DNA of 28,435 nt. Source: Octopus sinensis (Eukaryota). The stretch covers positions 1 through 28,435 of the forward strand of contig NW_021823723.1 of assembly GCF_006345805.1 (NCBI RefSeq). The letters run 5' to 3'. Under the pieces are notes generated by a model, which worked only from the letters and a program-made list of their open reading frames with translations, made no database searches and was not told the DNA's origin. The position numbers and the translations under genes were made by a program. Shown one piece after another: positions 24,972 through 28,435 of this stretch. Every line of letters begins with the position of its first letter. Positions within the stretch are counted from its first letter, which is position 1.

Positions 24972-25267
24972 AGAACTAAGTTTGTAAAAGTTTTTAATTT
25001 TCATCTCATTAAATTTATCCAGCTTTTGTGTATCTAGTACACACTTTCGCCTTTTAATGTACTTATATATGAATAATATATGGCGTGTCCTAGACACCCG
25101 GCGATAATAATAATTTATTGTATTGCATTTGACTTTGTTTACGTATATATATATTATATATATATATATATAGTTTGAATTACACTAAAAACAATAACAA
25201 ATGACGAAGACTGGTATGTAAACAACAAACAGGTGTATTAGTTTAACGCTCAAGAAGTGAAAAAGTT

Positions 25268-25301
25268 TTTTACGTTTCGAGCCTCGCTCTTCAACAGAAA
25301 G
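25268..25301 (-). ncRNA. Hammerhead-like motif with non-canonical core
   Basis: CTTT-CTGTTGAA-GAGC GAG GCTC-GAAA-CG-TA/AAAA; palindromic ACGT stem III. Confidence 0.45.
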
Positions 25302-26263
25302 GAAACAGAGAAAAATAAACAACTAAACAGAGAGAGAGAATATAGAAAAAAATCTTTAGTGGCTAGCAGTCGATCATATATATATATTTGGAGGGAAGAT
25401 TTTTTTCTCAAAGAGTTAAGACTGAGAAAAAAATCTTTTTAGAAAGTCGAACATGTGCTTGAAAACGTTAAGAACTGAAAGTGCTTGCACTTCTGTAAAA
25501 GTAAACCCTACACACAATTTGTGAAATCTCTTCCGAAAGGTTAGTGTCTTTCGACTTTCTAAAAAGGTTTTATCTCAATTTTATATATTTTTATATATAT
25601 TTTTATATATTTTATGCATATATTTTTTTTCATATTTATAGAGATATTGTTTTATAGGTTTATTGCTCATATATTTTTTTACACATAATTTTTCTGTATT
25701 CTACCTTCCACCCTGAATTTTCCCTGTGCGTATATAGACGTGTATATGGATTCTTTTGTGCGCGCGTGTGGACGTGTGCGTGTGTGCGGGTATGTGCATA
25801 TATAGATGTGTGTGCGTGCATGCGAGTATATGCACATATAGACGTGTTTTACTCAATGTTTTTTTATACATTTTTACACATTTTCCTGTATTTTGCTTTT
25901 AGCCCTGTTTTTTCTTGCGCATGTGCGTATATAGACTTGTGTATGAACCTTTATGGTGCGCGTGTGTGTAGAATTGTATATATATAATTTTTTTTGGCGA
26001 ATGATGTGGGTGAGAAAGTGTGTTTCAAGTGAGGGTGGATGAGTGTATACTTAGAGGCGCATGTACGTGGGTGTGCGGGCGCACATGTGTAGGTATGGAC
26101 ATGCGCGCTTACGCGAATACTATGAACATTTTTACCCCATTATTTTTACTCCCCCCCTCACTTAGCGGTCATTCAAATAGCTCTTTTGTCTTAATAACGG
26201 TCAATCACATAGTAATTTCCCTTTGTTTAACGGTCATTTTCATAGCATACTTTTCCGATGGCC

Positions 26264-26326
26264 GGATAACTGAAGAGATGGCGGCGTGGATTTTCACCCC
26301 GACATCCGAAACTCGGAGTTTTATCT
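26264..26326 (+). ncRNA. Type I hammerhead ribozyme (GUU site, one unpaired C)
   Basis: GGATAA-CTGAAGA-GATG g CGG c GTGG attt TCAC c CCG a CATC c-GAAA-CTCGGAG-TT/TTATCT. Confidence 0.75.
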
Positions 26327-26404
26327 TGGCTACCGAATAATTGTCACATATTTCATTTACATATATATGTATATATATATATGTATATATTGTGATCACG
26401 TGTA

Positions 26405-27290
26405 TGCTGTAGTTTGCGCTTTTGTCATGGACAGGAAGTTGGAACAAAGTGAGAAATTGAAATTTTGCATTAAACTCGGAAAATCTGCTAGAGAGACATT
26501 GAGCAAGCTTCGGCAAGCATACGGCAACGAGGTAATGGGTGGTCTGCAATGTTTCAAGTGGCGCGGGCGCTTCAAAACTCAGAAGAATGTCCTTGGAAGA
26601 CGATGACAAATCTGGAAGATCTGCCACGAGCGTCGCCTCCGAAATGTGGTGTTGTGCACAGCGGCGAGCTGGCAGAAACGTTACCACGCCGGGCGAAATG
26701 CGTAACCGTATTTCGTCTGCCGTTACGTTCTGAGTTCAAATTCCGCCGAGGTCGACTTTGCCTTTCATCCTTTCGGGGTCGGTAAATTAAGTACCAGTTA
26801 CGCACTGGGGTCGATATGATCGACTTAATCCGTTTGTCTGTCCTTGTTTGTCCTCTTTGTGGGTAGTAAAGAAATAGGTATTGTGCATTTGTCCCCCAGA
26901 GCTAGTCCGTCAATCGAAAGTCCTACTGCAACTCTTTGACGGGTGGACATTCGGCGAAAGCGATCAAATCTGTGGAGCAGGAAGAATTGGATTCTTCACA
27001 AGGACAATGCACCCTGTCACCAAGCTTTCCTCACTCGTGAGTTTCTTGCCAAAAACAACATTGTATCGCTTCTGCACACATCCTATTCGCCAGATTTAGC
27101 ACCTGCGAAGACTTCCATCTCTTCCCTAAGTTGAAAAGACAACTCAAAGGTTACCAACTTAAGACCGTTATTGAGAAAGTGAGCGAATCGTGGACTGTCT
27201 TCGATTCGCTTCAGAGAAATACCTTGGAATATGTTGAGAAATACTTCACACATATTCATCAGGCACAAACGGCATATAAAATTATACATA
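26405..27290 (+). mobile_element. Internally deleted mariner transposon
   Basis: MDRKLEQ..KFCIKLGKSARETLSKLRQAYG..CFKW..RFK..SLEDD.KSGR; after the SINE: FVP..WILHKDNAPCH..EFLAKNNI..SYSPDLAP..FPKLKRQLKG. Confidence 0.9.
26661..26880 (+). mobile_element. tRNA-derived SINE family B inserted in mariner, probable TSD TTGTGCA
   Basis: Head GCGGCGAGCTGGCAGAAACG to tail GAAATAGGTA; TTGTGCA at 26652-26658 and 26881-26887. Confidence 0.88.
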
Positions 27291-27324
27291 TGTACATACA
27301 AATATAAACATATATACATTAATA

Positions 27325-28260
27325 TTAGGTTGTCTCACATGAAATGTCGCATTTGAACAAGGAAATATTAAAATTGTTTTTTAAGTATTAGAATATTTAT
27401 TTATTTCATCAAAATATGATCCCTGCTCATTTATGGCCTGCATCCAACGTTCCTCTAAGGCATATATTCCATCTTCAAAGAATTTGTCATCATTTACAAT
27501 GTAAAACTGTTCGAATGCTTCAATTACCTCTTTTTTATTTAAGAATGTTTTATTGCTTATAGCAAGCTCGAAGTGCTTAAATATTTTTTTTTCATCTAGT
27601 TTCAGCTCACGAGCTGTGGCCATGCTGGGGCACCACCATTCAGAAAGACGTTTACAGCGCCTAGGTTTCCCAAGCGGTCACCCTTCTAAGTACTAACTAG
27701 GCTCGACTTTGCTTAACTTAACTTGACTTGCTTAACTTCGGTGACCGGACAAGAACCGGTGTTTTCAAAGTGATATGGCCGTAAATATGTGATAATCAGT
27801 AGGAGAGATATCAGAAGAATAAGGAAGATGTGCCAAAATTTCATAATTCAGGCTTTGCAACTTGTGGGCCGTAGTTTAAGAAGTGTGAGGCCGCGCATTA
27901 TCATGAAGCAAAACTGGGCCATCTCGATTCACTACTCTGGGTTGCTTCTTTTTTAACTTTGCATGCTTACAATCAATTTCCTGACAATAGGATGTTTCTG
28001 TTACAGTTTTTATTTGTTGCGAAAGTAAGTAATTTTTGTTGACCACCGTACATTGACCATCGACTGTTTAGGGTGCAATGGTGGTTTTGGGTAGTGGACT
28101 GGTGACTCTCCTGCATCTAACCACTGTCCTGTCCTGCTGTTATCAAAGAGTACCCATTTCTCATCGCACGTAATGAGTTGATACAAAAATGGTTCTCTTT
28201 CCAACCGAGAAATCAATATGGAACACACTGTAAGACAATTACACATTTTCCGCTCTGCAG
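27325..28260 (-). mobile_element. mariner transposon, 3' portion with terminal inverted repeat
   Basis: EPFLYQLITCDEKWV..QWL..PKPPLHPK; LLHDNARPH; LPYSSDISPTDYHIF/KH; GIYALEERW..GSYFD; TA + TTAGGTTGTCTCACATGAAATGTCG at 27323-27349. Confidence 0.9.
27585..27785 (-). mobile_element. 5S rRNA-derived SINE (SINE3-like) with LINE-type tail and 6-bp TSD
   Basis: Minus: TTTACGGCCATATCACTTTGAAAACACCGGTTCTTGTCCGGTCACCGAAGTTAAGCA..GTCGAGCCTAGTTAGTACTTAGAAGGGTGACCGCTTGGGAAACCTAGGCGCTGTAAAC (5S-like, 27650-27785), then GGTGCCCCAGCATGGCCACAGCTCGTGAGCTGAAACTAGATG(A)8. TSD AAATAT at 27579-27584 and 27783-27788; removing the insert restores mariner DYHIFKH. Confidence 0.88.
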
Positions 28261-28339
28261 TCTTTTTCCCGGCGTCAAATCTAAAGCTACGATGCGCTCG
28301 AAAAGAGCCAGCTTATTTATGTATGAACAATTTCATGTT

Positions 28340-28412
28340 GGTGTGTGGTAAGAAGCTGGCTTTCCAACCTAATGATACTGAGTTCTGCCTACCCACAGCG
28401 TGGCACCTTGTG
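28340..28412 (+). mobile_element. Diverged family A SINE head fragment
   Basis: GGTGTGTGGTAAGAAGCT...GCGTGGCACCTTG. Confidence 0.6.
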
Positions 28413-28435
28413 TGTACAGCCACAACTTCGGGCAG

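Noticed and set aside
27650-27785. Functional 5S rRNA gene
   Set aside because: It has an internal duplication, no poly-T terminator, a fused SINE tail and a TSD, so it is a retroposed derivative.

Overview
AT-rich, microsatellite-saturated animal DNA. The repeat complement (tRNA-headed SINEs with internal (TA)n/(TG)n, long TATC/TATG/GA tracts) points to a cephalopod, probably Octopus; this is inferred from remembered repeat families, not searched. No host gene is recognisable and most track ORFs are microsatellite translations. Recognisable elements: a decayed Penelope-like retroelement (RT + GIY-YIG, ~9.2-12.4 kb), R4/Dong-like and RTE-like LINE fragments, three mariner fragments, a Helitron/HINE-like non-autonomous element, at least three tRNA-SINE families and a 5S-rRNA-headed SINE with a 6-bp TSD. 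The main hidden signal is RNA structure. About ten type I hammerhead ribozyme (HHR) motifs of different sequence families occur, most with a palindromic minimal stem III, in short modules flanked by (TA)n and often by inverted repeats. The best case is a ~600-bp tandem array (18135-19592, ~2.4 units). Its unit junction is an intact hammerhead and its monomer is self-complementary, so it is a candidate non-LTR retrozyme producing a circular RNA. All folds were worked out by eye; no activity has been tested.
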